A DNA stretch of 64,000 nucleotides from Eledone cirrhosa. Its lineage: Eukaryota. Numbering within the stretch: position 1 is the stretch's first letter; each line of letters opens with the position of its first letter. The stretch lies in the NCBI GenBank assembly GCA_964016885.1, contig OZ024741.1, forward strand, positions 212,970,001 through 213,034,000, in the 5' to 3' direction. Positions 27,445 to 40,322 of this stretch are shown here, piece by piece. The notes beneath the pieces were generated by a model. It searched no databases. It was not told where the DNA came from and worked only from the letters and a program-made list of their open reading frames with translations. A program made the translations under genes and the position numbers.

Positions 27445-29520
27445 TTACAGATATATACTCAGAGTAGGCCCATTCACTCGGGCCATTCTTGCTTCTCTCA
27501 CCCATCTTTCAACAAAATGCTGGGAAGAGAGCACTTCCCTCTCTACTCTGATTTTCCTTTTCAAATGAAATTTGAAAAAATCAATCAGAGCATCACCGAA
27601 GAGGTAAGTGCTCGTCTTCAGCCCTTTCAAACGTGTCCACCATACTATCTCTTTCGCCATGGCCACCAGGCAGATAAAAACTGCCTGCCCTTCCCGGCTA
27701 AAGGAGGAGGGCGGGGCAATCCTCACGATGGACTCAGATGATAGCCGGATCCGTCCTAAACGCGACAGCAGGTGTTCGACATAAACCCACAAGTCAGCAA
27801 TTTTCGGACACTGGACGAGTGCGTGCAGGACGGTTTCGTCGCCCTGCGCGCATCTCGGACATGCCCGGCTGACGGCACCTCCATGCCTGTAGAGTTTATC
27901 CCGAACTGGCAAGGCTGCTCGGTAGCACTGCCAGGCCAGAGATTTCTGGAAGTTGTCCATAGGCCCTGGCCCGAAAGTTCTTCCGAAGAGATTGGCTAGT
28001 TGATTTTCGTCGACGCCTAGAGTTTCCCCAAGTACGTCGTCGCTCTTCCCCTCCACTAATCCTCTATAGAACGCCGAGGTGGAGTTTCCACCGATCACAT
28101 TGCCCGATTGGTCGAGGGCTGTGAGCGCCTGAAGACATTCCAGTCTCCAGGCGCTCCCTCTCGGTCTTCGCTTGACCCAGGACTGCAGCTCCGTCAAGGA
28201 AACGAGCTGGGGAAACACGCGCCTAGCAAACGGCGACCACACCTGATCACCGTCAAGGAAGAGGTGGAGATGTCGTAGCCTGAGCGCGTGCCTGCGCATC
28301 ATCAGCCACGGCATGCCCAGCCCTCCACGTAGCGGGTGTTGACAACAGATGGACCGCCTGACCATCGGAGCGCGTCCCTTCCACAAAAAGCGAAAGAGCA
28401 AACGCTCCAGCGCAGTCAGGCGAGGCTTAGGACAAGGTACTACGGTCAGGCGGTAGCAGATGACGGACGCGATGTACGCGTTAGCCACCTCCGCTCGACC
28501 TTTCAGGGATAGCTTCCTCTCAGCCCATTTCTGGGTGAGAGAAGCCACCCTGCTCGTCACCTCGTCCCAGTTTTTGTCCGTCTGGAGGTCTGGACCGAAC
28601 CAGACCCCTAGCAATTTAACCGGTCCGTCCGTCCAGCGTCCGACGACGCTGTTGGACGGCATGGACCTGCCTCTCCAGGTGCCGAGCTGCAGGCCCACTG
28701 ACTTTTCCTGGTTGATCATTGCTCCTGTCACCGCTTCGTATTCTCTTAGTGTAGTGCCGATCGCCTCGATGTGTTTGGCGTTCGACACCACTACGGTGAC
28801 ATCGTCCGCATATGCTGACACGGATCTTCCGCATCCTAGTTCGCGCGGGACTCCCCTCAACGTCTCCAGTTTGTGCAGTAATGGCTCGAGCGTCAATACG
28901 TACAAGAGGGACGAGAGGGGACATCCTTGGCGGACCGAGCGCATGATGTTGAACGGTTCCGACAGGTGACCGTTCACTCTCACCACAGAGCAGATGTCGC
29001 TGTGCATGGCAGCGATCCAGCCTCTGAAGACGGGCCCAAAGCCAGCCGCCCTCAGGACTGCCGCTAGGTAACGATGGTCGACCCTATCGAAAGCTTTCGA
29101 CTGATCTAAAATGATCAAGGACCCACCCGTGCCAGGTTCCCTAGCTACCCTCTCTACGATGTATCGCATGAGGTGGAGGTTGTCGTGGATGGATCTGTCG
29201 GGAATGGCGCATGTCTGCGCCTCTCCCACCAGACCACCAACGACAAGCGCCAACCTCTTTGCTAGCACCTTGGCCAAAATCTTAAACTCTGTGTTTAGCA
29301 GAGTTATGGGCCGGAAATTTTCTATGTTATCCCCCTTGTTCGGATCCTTTCTCAGCAGTGCCACCGCTCCTCGGCTCACAGAGCTGGGAATTCTCCCGTT
29401 CTGTTGCCAGTTGCAGTAGACGTCCGCCAAGAGGCCTCCGAACAAGTCTGGCATCTGTACGTAAAGTTCATAGGGCAGACCATCCAAACCAGGCGATTTA
29501 CCCCTTGTGCAGCCAGTCAT
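27445..29520 (-). CDS. ORF2 reverse transcriptase and C-terminal Zn motif (after frameshift)
   Basis: KSPGLDG, NFRPITLLN, LDQSKAFDRV, VRQGCPLS, YADD, CPRC...ETVLH. Confidence 0.92.
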   Translation of the reverse strand: MTGCTRGKSPGLDGLPYELYVQMPDLFGGLLADVYCNWQQNGRIPSSVSRGAVALLRKDPNKGDNIENFRPITLLNTEFKILAKVLAKRLALVVGGLVGEAQTCAIPDRSIHDNLHLMRYIVERVAREPGTGGSLIILDQSKAFDRVDHRYLAAVLRAAGFGPVFRGWIAAMHSDICSVVRVNGHLSEPFNIMRSVRQGCPLSSLLYVLTLEPLLHKLETLRGVPRELGCGRSVSAYADDVTVVVSNAKHIEAIGTTLREYEAVTGAMINQEKSVGLQLGTWRGRSMPSNSVVGRWTDGPVKLLGVWFGPDLQTDKNWDEVTSRVASLTQKWAERKLSLKGRAEVANAYIASVICYRLTVVPCPKPRLTALERLLFRFLWKGRAPMVRRSICCQHPLRGGLGMPWLMMRRHALRLRHLHLFLDGDQVWSPFARRVFPQLVSLTELQSWVKRRPRGSAWRLECLQALTALDQSGNVIGGNSTSAFYRGLVEGKSDDVLGETLGVDENQLANLFGRTFGPGPMDNFQKSLAWQCYRAALPVRDKLYRHGGAVSRACPRCAQGDETVLHALVQCPKIADLWVYVEHLLSRLGRIRLSSESIVRIAPPSSFSREGQAVFICLVAMAKEIVWWTRLKGLKTSTYLFGDALIDFFKFHLKRKIRVEREVLSSQHFVERWVREARMARVNGPTLSIYL

Positions 29521-29543
29521 TGCCTCCCTTACTTCAGCGGCTG

Positions 29544-30857
29544 TTATCGGCTTTTCGCAACACTTCGCCTCAGTGGCCGCGGCAGTCCGTCGAGGTAGAC
29601 ACTAAAGTCCATCCCTCTACCCGGCCCACCGCTGCCCCCGAATAGCTGAGCGAAGTGTCGCTGAAAAGCTTCACACATTTGCCCGGGATCGAGTAGCATG
29701 CGCCCGTCGTGGTCCACCAAAGACCGGATCGTGGCTTTGTTGCCACGACGCGCCTCCGCCACTCGGGCCCATTGAACGGCTTTCGTCCCCTCGTGTCTGA
29801 GAGCACGCACCCTTGCTCTGACAACGCAGCCTTCGTGCTTTGCATTGAAGAATTGGTCAAGGGCCAATTTCGCCGCAAGCACGTCGGTCGCAATGCCTTT
29901 GCTAAGCGCCTCGTCTAATTTTCTAACTAGTTCTCCCTCTGCTCTATTTTTCTCTATTGCTAAAGCCTTACTAAACCTAATCGATTCTATTCTAATCGCT
30001 CTTTTCAGAGCAAACCACCACTTGTTGTTGACGATGGCCCCCGTCAACGCCCGCTTAACTAGTTCGCTAATCCGATCTCTGTAGGCCTTGCGCGCTGGTA
30101 AGGACGCGTTTAGCTTCCAGTAGCCGGGTCCTCGTCTATGAAGCCTATCTAAGTCAAGCACACAGATCACGAATTTGTGGTCCGTGTAGCTGACTATCTT
30201 GAATTGTGGACAGCCTATGCTAGACCTATCTATTTCCCTACAAAATACTCTATCTAGATATGATCTGGATGACCCTATGCGGTTTGTCCAAGTCCACATT
30301 GGCACATTCGGGAAATCCAATCGGTACCTGTCAGACAGTTCAAAACGCCTGAGCAGGTTGGTGAGGCTCTTGCACCCTCCACCCCTATCCGTTAATCCCA
30401 CACAGTCCCAGCGTGCATCTAAGATCCCGTTCCAGTCGCCCACTAACACTAAAGAGCGGGACGTTCCAAGAAAGGTCTCCAGACGCCGGAAGAAATCAGG
30501 CCGCCCTGCTCCTGTCGGGGCATAGACGGCCACTAGCCTGAAAGCTTGCCCGTCTCCGCTGGTCACGTCCAGCACCACCAGCTTACCCTCTGGGTCCAGG
30601 AAGATGGCCCGTATGGCGAGATCCAAACCTCTCCGAAAAAGCACAGCAACTCCTCCACCCGATCCAGGACGGCTGGGAGATGCGTACACATCGTAGCCGC
30701 CGAAGATCGGTGCGAAGGCCCGTGCTTCGGAGATTCTGGTCTCGCTGATGGCCACTACATCTATGTTTAGTGACCTGAGGTCGTTGAGCAGGTGACCCTG
30801 CTTCCATGACGACCCCAAGCCACGCGCATTTATGCTGCCTATTCTGAGTGAGGTCAT
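29544..30857 (-). CDS. ORF2 N-terminal APE endonuclease (frameshift near 29560 separates it from the RT)
   Basis: SINARGL, ISET, VYAP, GDWN, SYLDRV, TDH, GPGYWKLN. Confidence 0.9.
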   Translation of the reverse strand: MTSLRIGSINARGLGSSWKQGHLLNDLRSLNIDVVAISETRISEARAFAPIFGGYDVYASPSRPGSGGGVAVLFRRGLDLAIRAIFLDPEGKLVVLDVTSGDGQAFRLVAVYAPTGAGRPDFFRRLETFLGTSRSLVLVGDWNGILDARWDCVGLTDRGGGCKSLTNLLRRFELSDRYRLDFPNVPMWTWTNRIGSSRSYLDRVFCREIDRSSIGCPQFKIVSYTDHKFVICVLDLDRLHRRGPGYWKLNASLPARKAYRDRISELVKRALTGAIVNNKWWFALKRAIRIESIRFSKALAIEKNRAEGELVRKLDEALSKGIATDVLAAKLALDQFFNAKHEGCVVRARVRALRHEGTKAVQWARVAEARRGNKATIRSLVDHDGRMLLDPGQMCEAFQRHFAQLFGGSGGPGRGMDFSVYLDGLPRPLRRSVAKSR

Positions 30858-30892
30858 GTTTAAAATAGAGTGGAAAAGATGGGAAAGACCAC

Positions 30893-33009
30893 TTACCGTA
30901 CTTTTGGTAGAGGAGGGATGGTTTTTACATCCCTTTTCACTTGATCGTCTGGTGAAGGGACCGTTGAATCGTCCCTTCGGCTGGTCGTCGGCTCTTCTAA
31001 GAGAATGTTTGAGTATACTCTTCGATTGATGGTTCCTCCTAGGTCCCTGAAATCACCAACTGCGTTGGGGAATTTCGTTTTAATATTTGTGTATTGTTTC
31101 TGTGCTATTTTTAGCAGTCTTATGTTAGTTGGCGTTTTGATTGGTGCTGGTATTATGTAGTCCTGTTGTGAAATGTCTGTGTGTTCAATTATGTAAGTCA
31201 TTAGTTTCTTGTTGTGTGTATTTATTGCCGTGCATTTGTTTTTCTGGGGGTGGGGTGTGGTTCTGCTATTTTCTTGTCGTTGTTGCTGGGTGTGTGTGTT
31301 TTGTTGTTGTGTTTGCGATGTTGGTGCTTGTGGTGGTGGTGTTGAAGGTGTTGTTGGCGGTGGGGTTGTCGCCGGTGGTGATGGTGGTGCTAGTGTGGGT
31401 GGTGATGGTGTTGGTGTTGTTGCTACTGTGGGTCTCTTTGCAGTAGACTTTACCCTTTTCTCATTTCTTTCCTCCCTTTTCAAAGGCGACGATGCGCTGC
31501 TTCTGCGTTTGTGCCTTCTTACGACCTTTTGCCATCTCTCTCCCACCTCACACTCCATGTCTGATTCTGTGAGGTCGGGGAGGGGTACCAGCTCCACTCT
31601 TTCACTTGTTGTTGTTGGTGATGTTTGCACTGGAGTCTCTGTTGCAGCTGCATTTGGTATTGCTGTTGTTGTTGTTAGTATTTCCACTGCTGCTGCTGTT
31701 TTTGATTTCCGTGGAGTGGGTATGGGTGCCACGGGCCTATCGTTCCTGGTTGCCGCTTGTCCTGTTGCTGGTAGCCGTGGAGGGGGGTTTTCTCCTTTCT
31801 CAGGGTCTTCTCGTTGCAGAAGGCCCTGAGGCGAGTCTTCGATCCACAGCGAAAGCATTTCGGGCGTTTGCCCTCAACACTTATGGGCAGTTGAGTGCCG
31901 TTATCGAAGTCTATCACATCCGGGATAGCTTCGATGCACTCCTGGTTGGTTTGGATTAGCATCTCAATGGAGGAGCCGACCCAATCTTCTCTTACTTTTT
32001 TCTGTACTTGCAGTACAGTTGTTTTGTCCTCGATTCCGACGATGACAGACGCGGCCAGCCAAGAAGGGGTCATTCCGGGGGGGACGTGGGTCAGTTTGAC
32101 CCTCACAATTTTTTGCCCACAGTAGGAGGGCACCAACACCATTTCCTCGCTCCTTAGGGTCACTACTGATTGGGCCTTTGCCTCCTGGGGTGTGGCAAAA
32201 AGTACGTCTACGGTGGCATATTTTTTGCCTCGGGTGATGTGCGTTTTCCGCTGCCACACAGACCCCAAGGCTTTTTGTATTTGGGCCTCTGTGGCTCTTT
32301 CCACCCTACGGGATTTTGTACTTACTGTACGGTACGTGACCGTACAGTGCTCTTGGGTTTCGAAAAATTTTTCCGCTGCCTTGCAGATTGCTCGGTGTCC
32401 GTTCTTTGTCACCATCTTCTTCGCTTCCTCTAATTCCTCATTTGTTATGAGGATTGTTTCCAAGTTTTTCGCAATACCTGCAAATGAGATTGGTTTTTCT
32501 CTGCTGTTGTTGTTGTCGTCAGAGCTGCTGGTACTTTTGTTGTTGCTGCAGGTACTCCGACTACTGCCTCCGCCGCTGTTGCTGTGGTTGTTGTTGGTGT
32601 TGCTGCTGCTAATGCTGTTGTTGTTTATGCTGCTGGTGATGCTGTTGCGGCTGCTACTGTTGTTTTCATTGTCACTGTTGCTGTTGTTATTACGGCTGCT
32701 ACTGCTATTATTCCTGACGTCAGACGAATGAACTGGGTTTTCGTATTTCCCGCACACCTGTTTCGTCGCTGTCGTCGTCGTCGTGGAGAAACCTTGCACG
32801 CTTTGCACGAGACTTTTCTTTTCTTTCGTCACTTGCGAAAGAGAAGGGAGGGAGAGAGACACATTTAAAGAAGGGAGGGAGAGAGACAATCTTCTCTCTG
32901 CTGTAGTGATGATTGAGGAAGAAGAAGACGGAATGAGTGGGAGTGACGTATGAAATTTCTTTTTCGTAGCCATGTTGTTTTTTTGTTTAAAATGAAATTT
33001 TGGGTACAA
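30893..33009 (-). pseudogene. ORF1 (gag-like) with one frameshift near 31800
   Basis: Low-complexity N-terminus, SFAGIA motif, degenerate knuckle CFRCGSKTRLRAFC and a Pro/Thr-rich C-terminus. Homologous to ORF1 of copy 2. Confidence 0.8.
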
Positions 33010-33189
33010 AACCCCAATAACTGGTTATTTAACCCCGAAGGGCCAAATAACGGACAGAAAGACCCCTCTCACGAGGAGGAGGGTGTCTTTATCAACAATT
33101 TGGTTCAAGTTTTAAACAATTTACAATTGTTTTAACGGTTAAAAATTACTATACCTTACAGAGCCGAGCCTCCGTCAACCATGGCATTC

Positions 33190-33225
<36 letters not shown>

Positions 33226-33226
<1 letters not shown>

Positions 33227-36200
33227 GTTTCTTTATTGGCCACAAGGGCTAACATGAAGGAAAACATTAGAGACGGAACAGAACAGTACAGGTCGATACA
33301 AAGTGGGTTTTGGTCGTGTAAACGGGTTTTAACAAAATCGGACTAGCAATAAAAAAAAATTCAAACAACAAAAATTCCCCAAAAAGGGGGAAACCTCCGA
33401 GGATCACTGCGTTGCGAAAACCACATTAAAAAAAACACCACGGCCACCTTGACCACCATGGCAAGCGCCCTCTCTCACTTTTCCCACTCCTAAGTCTACA
33501 GGCGCATACTCAGAGCGGGCCCGTTCATTCGGACCAGACTCGCCACTTTCACCCACCTTTCAATAAACTTACTAGAAGACACCCTGGTTTTCCTCTTCAA
33601 GTGAAACTTGAAAAAGTTAATCAGGGATTGGCCGGAGAGGAAAGTGTCCGTCTTCAACCCTTTCAACCTTGTCCACCATACAATCTCTTTCGCCATGGCC
33701 ACCAGGCAGATGAAAACTGCCTGCCCTTCCTCCTCTTTAAAGGAGGATGGCGGGGCTATCTGCACAATGGAATCAGTCGATAACCGGATCCGTCCTATAC
33801 GCGACAGCAGTGTTCGACATAGTTCCACAAGTCAAAAATCCCCGGGCACTGAACGAGTGCGTGCAGGACGGTTTCGTCGCCCTGCGCGCATCTCGGACAT
33901 CTCGGACATCCGTGCCTGTAGAGCTTATCCCGAACCGGCAAAGCTCCCCGGTAGCACTGCCAGGCCAGGGAGTTCTGGAAGTTGTCCATAGGCCCCGGTC
34001 TGAAAGTTCTCTTGAAGAGAGCGAACAGTTGATGGTCTTCGACGCCCAGGGTCTCCCCGAGAACGTCGTCGTTCTTCCCCTCCGCTAGCCCGCTATAGAA
34101 CGCCGAGGTGGATGTTCCACCGATACTGGTGCCCAGCTGGTAGAGGGCGGTGAGCGCTTGGAGACATTCCAGCTTCCAAGCGCTATCCCTCGGTCTTTTC
34201 CTGATACAGGACTGCAGCTCCGTCAAGGAGACGAGCTGGGGAAAAGCGCGTCTGGCAAACGGCGACTACACAGGTCACCGTCAAGGAAGCACCAGATATG
34301 TCGCAGCATCAGCCATGGCATGCCTAGTCCTCCAGGCCACGGGTGTTGGCGGCAAATGGATCGTCTGACCAAGGGAGCACTTCCTTTCCACAAAAAGCGG
34401 AAAAGAAGGCGCTACATTTTGACCAGAGTTGGGCGGGGCTAAGGTACGACGGTCAGGCGGTAGCAGATGACGGATGTTATGTACGCAGTCGCCACCTCCG
34501 CTCGACCTTTCAGAGACAGCTTCCTCTCGGCCCATTTCTGGGTGAAAGAGGCTACCCTGCTCGTCACCCCACTCCAGTTATTTTCCATCTGGAAATCCGG
34601 ACCGAACCAGACCCCGATCAATTTAACCGGTCCTTCCACCCAGCGTCCCACGACGCTGTCGGACGGCATTGACTTGCTTCTCCAGGTGCCGAGTTGCTAG
34701 CCCACCGACGTTACCTGGTTTATCTTTGCTCCTGTCACCGCCTCGTATTCCTTGAGAGCAGTACCGAGCATCTGGACGTGTTTTGTGTTCGACACCACCA
34801 CGGTGACTTCGTCGGCCTAAGCTGACACGGATCTCCTGCATCCCAGTTCGCGTGGGACCCCCCTCGTCGTCTCCAATTTGTGAAGTAACGGCTCTAAGGC
34901 CAGTACGTACAACTGGGACGAGAGGGGGTAACCCTGGCGGACCGAGTGCATGATGCTGAAAGGCTGCCACAGGTGACCATTCACCCTCACAATCGAGCAG
35001 ATGTCGCTGTGCATCGCAGTGATCCAGCCCCTAAAACCGGGCCCGAAGCCGGCCGCCTCGAGGACTGCAGCCAGGTACCGATGGTCAACACTAGCAAATG
35101 CTTTAGATTGATCCAAGTTATCAGGGCCCCACCCATGCCAGGCTCGTTAACCACACTCTCTATGATGTATCACATGAGATGGAGTTTGTCGTGGATGGAT
35201 CTGTCCGGAATGGCGCATGCCTGTGCCTCTCCCACCAGATCACCGACGAAAAGCACAAATCTCTTTTCTAACTCCTTGGCCAAAATCTTAAACTGTGCGT
35301 TTCGCACATTTATAGGCCTGAAGTTGTCTATAACGCCTCCCCTTGTTCGGGTCTTTTCTCAGCAGCGCCACCGCACCTCGGCTCACAAAATTGTGAATGC
35401 TCCCGTTCTGCTGCCAGTTGCAGTAGACATCTGCCAAGAGGTCGCTGAACAAGTCTGGCATATACGCATAAAGCTCGTAGCGCAGACCATCCAAACCTGG
35501 CGATTTACACCTCGTGCAGTCAGACATCGCTTCCCGCATTTCACCTGCTGTTATCGGCTTTTTGCAGCACTGCGCTGCGGTCGTCGAGAGCCGCGGCAGT
35601 CCGTCGAGCTATGCACCGAAGTCCATTCTCCGATCCGGCCCGCTGCCGCTCCCGAACAATTGAGCAAATTGCTGTTGAAAACCCGCACACATCTGCTCGG
35701 GTTCGAGCAACTTGCGCCCGTTTTGATAAGGCAAAGACCAATTGTAGATTTGTTGCCACGTCGCGCCTCCACCACCCGGGCCCATTGAACCGCTTTCGTC
35801 CCCTCGTCTTAGAGCACGCGCTCTAGCTCTGACAACGCAGCCTTCATGCTTTGCGTTGAAGATTTGGTCGAGTGCCAATTCTACTCTAATAGCCTTTTTC
35901 AGGGTAAACCACCACCTGTTGTTGACGATCGCACCTGTCAACGCACGCTTAACTAAATCGTTAATCCGGTCTCTGTAAGCTTTGCGCGCCGGGAACTACG
36001 CGTTCAGCTTCCAGTAGTCGGGCCCTTGCCTATGGAGTCTATCTAAGTTAACTTCACAGATTACAAATTTGTGGTCCGTGTAGTCGACTACTTTAAAATA
36101 TGGACAACCTACACTAGCTTTATCTGTTTCCCTACAGAATACCCTATCTAAATACGATCTGGATGATCCGATGCGATTTGCCCATGTCCACATTGGCACT

Positions 36201-38918
36201 TTTGAATAATCCAGTCTATACCTGTCAGACAGTTCAAAACGTCTGAGCTGGTTGTTGAGGCTTTTACACCCTCCTGCCTTGTCTACTAGCCCCACATAAT
36301 CCCAGCGTGCATCTAAGATACCGTTCCAGTCGCCCACTATCACTAAAGAGCGGGACGTTCCAAGAAAGGTCTCTAGACGTCTGAAGAAATATGGCCGTCC
36401 TGCCCCTGTTTGGGTGAAGACGGCTACTAGCCTGAAAGCATTGCCTTCGCTGCCGGTCACGTCCAACACTACCGACTTACCTTCTGGGTCCAGGAAGATG
36501 GCCCGTATGGCGAGATCCAAGCCTCTCCGAAAAAGCACGGCAATCCCTCCCCCCGATCATGGACGACTGGGAGAAGCGGATACATTTTAGCCGCCGCCAC
36601 AGATCGGTGCGAAGGCTCGTACTTCGGAGATTCTGGTCTCACTGATGGCCACCCCATCTATGTTTAGTGACCTTAGGTCGATGAGCAGGTGACCCTGCTT
36701 CCAAGATGACCCCAGGCCACGTATATTTATACTGCCTATTCTAAGTACGGCCATGTTGGATGAGAAACGGAGCAAGTGAGAAACGATTACTTACCTAGAT
36801 CGTGTGGTGAAAGGACAGTAGAACCGCCCCTTTGGCTGGTCATGTGTATTTCCAAGAGGATGTCGGTGTATATCCTCTTGGTAACGACCCTCTGAAGTCT
36901 CCAACTGCGTTGGGGAATTTTTGTTTTAAAAGTTTGTAACGTTCTATTTAGATTTCAATGATGATTATGTTTGTCGGGAGAGTTCTTGGTGTTGGTGGGG
37001 TGTAGTAGGTTTTTCGCTGATGTCTATGTGCTGCTTTATATATTGTAAGAGTTCTCTATTTGTTATGTTTATGGCTGTGTACTTTTTGGGGGAGGGTGAT
37101 TTTGTTGCTGTTTTCTTGTTGTTGCAGTTGGGTGTGTGTGTTTTGTTGTGTTTGCGATGTTGGTGTTTTTGGTGATGCTGGTGGTGGTGTGGTTGTTGTT
37201 GGTGGTGATGGTGGTGGTGTTGCTGCAAGTCTCCTTGCAGCCTTTACCACTCTTCGTTTGCCTTCGCTTTTAGACGGTGAAGCTAAGGGTGTTTTCCTTT
37301 TTTTGTTTTTTATGGCAGATCATTTGCCACTTCCCTCCCGCCTCATACTCCAGATCGGATTCCGTGGCGTCTGGGAGGGTTATGAGCACCACTGCTGTTG
37401 GTGGTGGTAGTGGAGCCTGCTCCGACGATTTTGCCGCCGGTGTAGCTACTGCGACTGTTGGTGTTGCTGCCACTGCTGCCGCTGCTTTAGTTGACCGTGA
37501 ACTTGGTACTTGGTATGATGTTCCACGGACGTTGCCCTCCTACTCACCATGGAAAGGTCTTCTGCCTCTGTTGCCTGCCTGCTCTTGGTAGCAGCGGATC
37601 AGGCGTCGGAAGGAGGGGGGGGGGCTCTTCTTGGTAGTCTTCTGCGTGCAGAAAGCCCTGAGGTGACCCTTCTGCCTACAGAGATAACACCTTGGGCGCC
37701 TTCCTTCCACGCTTATAGGGAGTTAGGGACCTTTTTCGAGGTCTATGATATCTGGGATCGCCTCGATGCACTCCTGGTCAGTCTGTATTACAATTTGCAT
37801 GCCTATTCCTGACCAGTTCTCTCTTCCCATTCTCTGTATTTGCAGTATGGTGGTCTTCTCGATTCCAGCCAGTACAGACGCGGCCAGCCAAGGTATGGGC
37901 ACATAGGGCGGGACGTGGTTCACTTTGACCCTCACAATTTTCTGCTCGCAGTAGGAGGGCACCAAGACTATCTCCTCACTCTTAAGGGTTTCCAAAGAGA
38001 GAGACTTTGCCTCTTGGGGGGGGGGGGCGAAATGTACGTCTACTGTGGCGTATTTTTTGCCTCGGGTGATGTGGGTTTTGCGCGCCTAGACGCACCCAAG
38101 GCCTTTTGGATTTGAGCCTCCGTGGCTCTCTCCACCCGATGTGACATTTTGCTTAAAGTGCGGTAAGTCAACGTGCGCAGCTGCTGGTCTTTGAAGACAT
38201 CGGCTGGAGGTTTCAGGGAAACTCTATTGTCATTTCTCGACACCATGGCTCTTGCGACTGCCATCTCCTCCTCCGTGACTAGCACTGTCTCTATATTTCG
38301 GGCCACACCTGCGAAAGAAGTGGCCCCTTTTTTGGCAGCACCATTATTGCTGCCGTTACCGCTGCTACTGGTCTTGTTATTGGTGCTGTTGCTGCTGTTA
38401 CTCCTACACACGGTGTTGTTGATGTTGTTGCTGTTATCACTGCTGTAGTTGGTTGTGTTTTTGGTGCCACCGTTGTTGTTGTTTTCGGTGCAATTTGCTG
38501 TTAGTGTTGTCGTTGTTTATTTTCTTGTTAGTTAATATCGTTGTTGCATTTGCTGTCACTTCTTTCTGTTGTCTGTATTTTAGTTGACGCTGCTATTGTT
38601 GAAGTTTGGGGGATAATTTTTCTAAATTAGTTCTTAGTGTTGTTCACGTTCTTTGTGGTGGTGTCTGTTGTATGAATTTTACAAACCCTTCTCTCAACTT
38701 TTACGCCGTTGTCACACGACAGCAGACATATTGCTGGGGGCGTGGCGGAGCAATGTTTTTTTTTTATATAATTTTTTTTTTTTTAAGTAAATTGTTCAAA
38801 TATTTGGGCCAAAAGGGCAAAGTCTAAGGGCTTATATCCCTTACACAACAAGAAATATTTAACACCAAATAATTTTAACAGGCAAATAAAGCGAGCAAAA
38901 AGGACGTCCGAACAGACC
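33226..38918 (-). mobile_element. L1/Tx1-like retrotransposon, copy 2 (different subfamily, many frameshifts and stops)
   Basis: ORF fragments 33496-38411 are collinear with copy 1. Intact CCHC knuckle CYLCRQKGHLRAFC at about 37645-37690; ORF2 start at about 36754. Confidence 0.9.
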
Positions 38919-38964
38919 AATAATAATAATAACAACAACAACAACAACCTCAATACTAATAATA

Positions 38965-39060
38965 ATTGTTTATTTATTAGTCACAAGGGCCTACATGTAG
39001 GGGACAATACAAATATAGGGACAGTAGCGGGGTGTTTACAATGAAATCGAGTCAAACATA
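38965..39060 (-). mobile_element. 3' terminal stub of a third related LINE
   Basis: tttattagtcacaagggcc matches the 3' termini tttattaaccacaagggtt (27191) and tttattggccacaagggct (33232). Confidence 0.65.
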
Positions 39061-39215
39061 CATAACAATAACAATTAACAATAATATATATATATATATA
39101 TATACAGTATATGTGTCTATGTATGTATGTGTGTGTGTGTGTGTAAAAATATGAAACAATATGAAAATATAAAATAACTTCGTCAATAATAACAACTATA
39201 ACAAACGATAATAAT

Positions 39216-39401
39216 AATTGTTTCTGCTTTTGGCACAAGGCCAGCAATTACCGAGTGCATTACTGGTACTTTATTTTATCGACCCCGTAAGGATGAAAGG
39301 CAAAGTTAACCTCGGCGGCATTTGAACTCAGATCATACAGAGTGGTAACTCTATGCTTCAAAGCATGGCGTCCAACCCTCTACCGATACTGCCAATCCAC
39401 C
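39216..39401 (-). mobile_element. SINE, Deu/Nin-like core family
   Basis: Full-length match to the family consensus. Confidence 0.9.
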
Positions 39402-39899
39402 TAAATGAAACCTATAATATAATAAAGCGGGAATATTTTAAAAATTAAATATAAAATTCTAGACTCATTAATGTGATAAAATTTAATGGCTTGCTTGAAG
39501 TTATCTGAAAGTAATTAAACTCTAAATTGTCACTGATTCTCAACATTTACATATATGATTTCAAACACTTATTACATGATTTAGATTTCTGTGTTTAATT
39601 AGTTGATTGATCAAGAGAAAGATTGATTAATTATCTAATTTATAAACGAAAATGTAAGTTAATCAGTGCATGCGTTTTGATAGGCAGCATGACCTACCCA
39701 AATATATATCTCATATGTAATAGACAATGTGCCCATTGTGTTGTTTGCTTTGTCATGTTTTAGATGTCACTCTTTACAACCTATAAGAAAGAAGTATGGG
39801 ATTTCAAGGAGTTTATATACTGAGGTGGGTGGAAGACAAAATGTGAGAAATTTTCATCGAATTCTAAACCAGGAAAGTACATAAGCGTACATACATACG

Positions 39900-39931
<32 letters not shown>

Positions 39932-40125
39932 CACACATAGACTCCCGTCTGATTTTACCACGTGTTTGAAATTACATGTTCCTTTTACCTATTCTTAGTT
40001 GATGAATGGAATATACATATATGAGAATATATATTCCTTTCCTTACATTCCTATCATTTCTCCTTTTTCTCAAACCTCTGCTTTATTTATTGCTATATTT
40101 ATAGTGTATTCACATGTCTTTATGT

Positions 40126-40322
40126 GAAGGCGTGTGGCTGAGTGGTTACAGAATTGGATTCACAGTCTTGAGGTTGTGAGTTCGATTCCTGGAACGGGCG
40201 GTGCGTTATGTCCTTGAACAAGACACTTTATTTCACGTTGCTCTTTCTACCTGGAGCTGCGACCGATAGATAGTACTAGCAACTGGAAAGACCAATGGAA
40301 ACATTGATTCCGTGGTCCGATT
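40126..40322 (+). mobile_element. tRNA/CORE-like SINE head joined to one monomer of the 57-bp repeat
   Basis: gtggctgagtggtta...gagttcgattcc...gtccttgaacaagacac, then gatagtactagcaactggaaagaccaatggaaa. Confidence 0.7.

Larger units (their letters stand above)
27184..33190 (-). mobile_element. near full-length L1/Tx1-like non-LTR retrotransposon, copy 1
   Basis: ORF1 plus APE-RT ORF2, 3' AATAAA then (ATT)n; (AAT)n on both sides. Confidence 0.92.

Noticed and set aside
27394-38448. Plus-strand ORFs over the LINEs
   Set aside because: These are antisense frames of GC-rich ORF1/ORF2 with no independent motifs.
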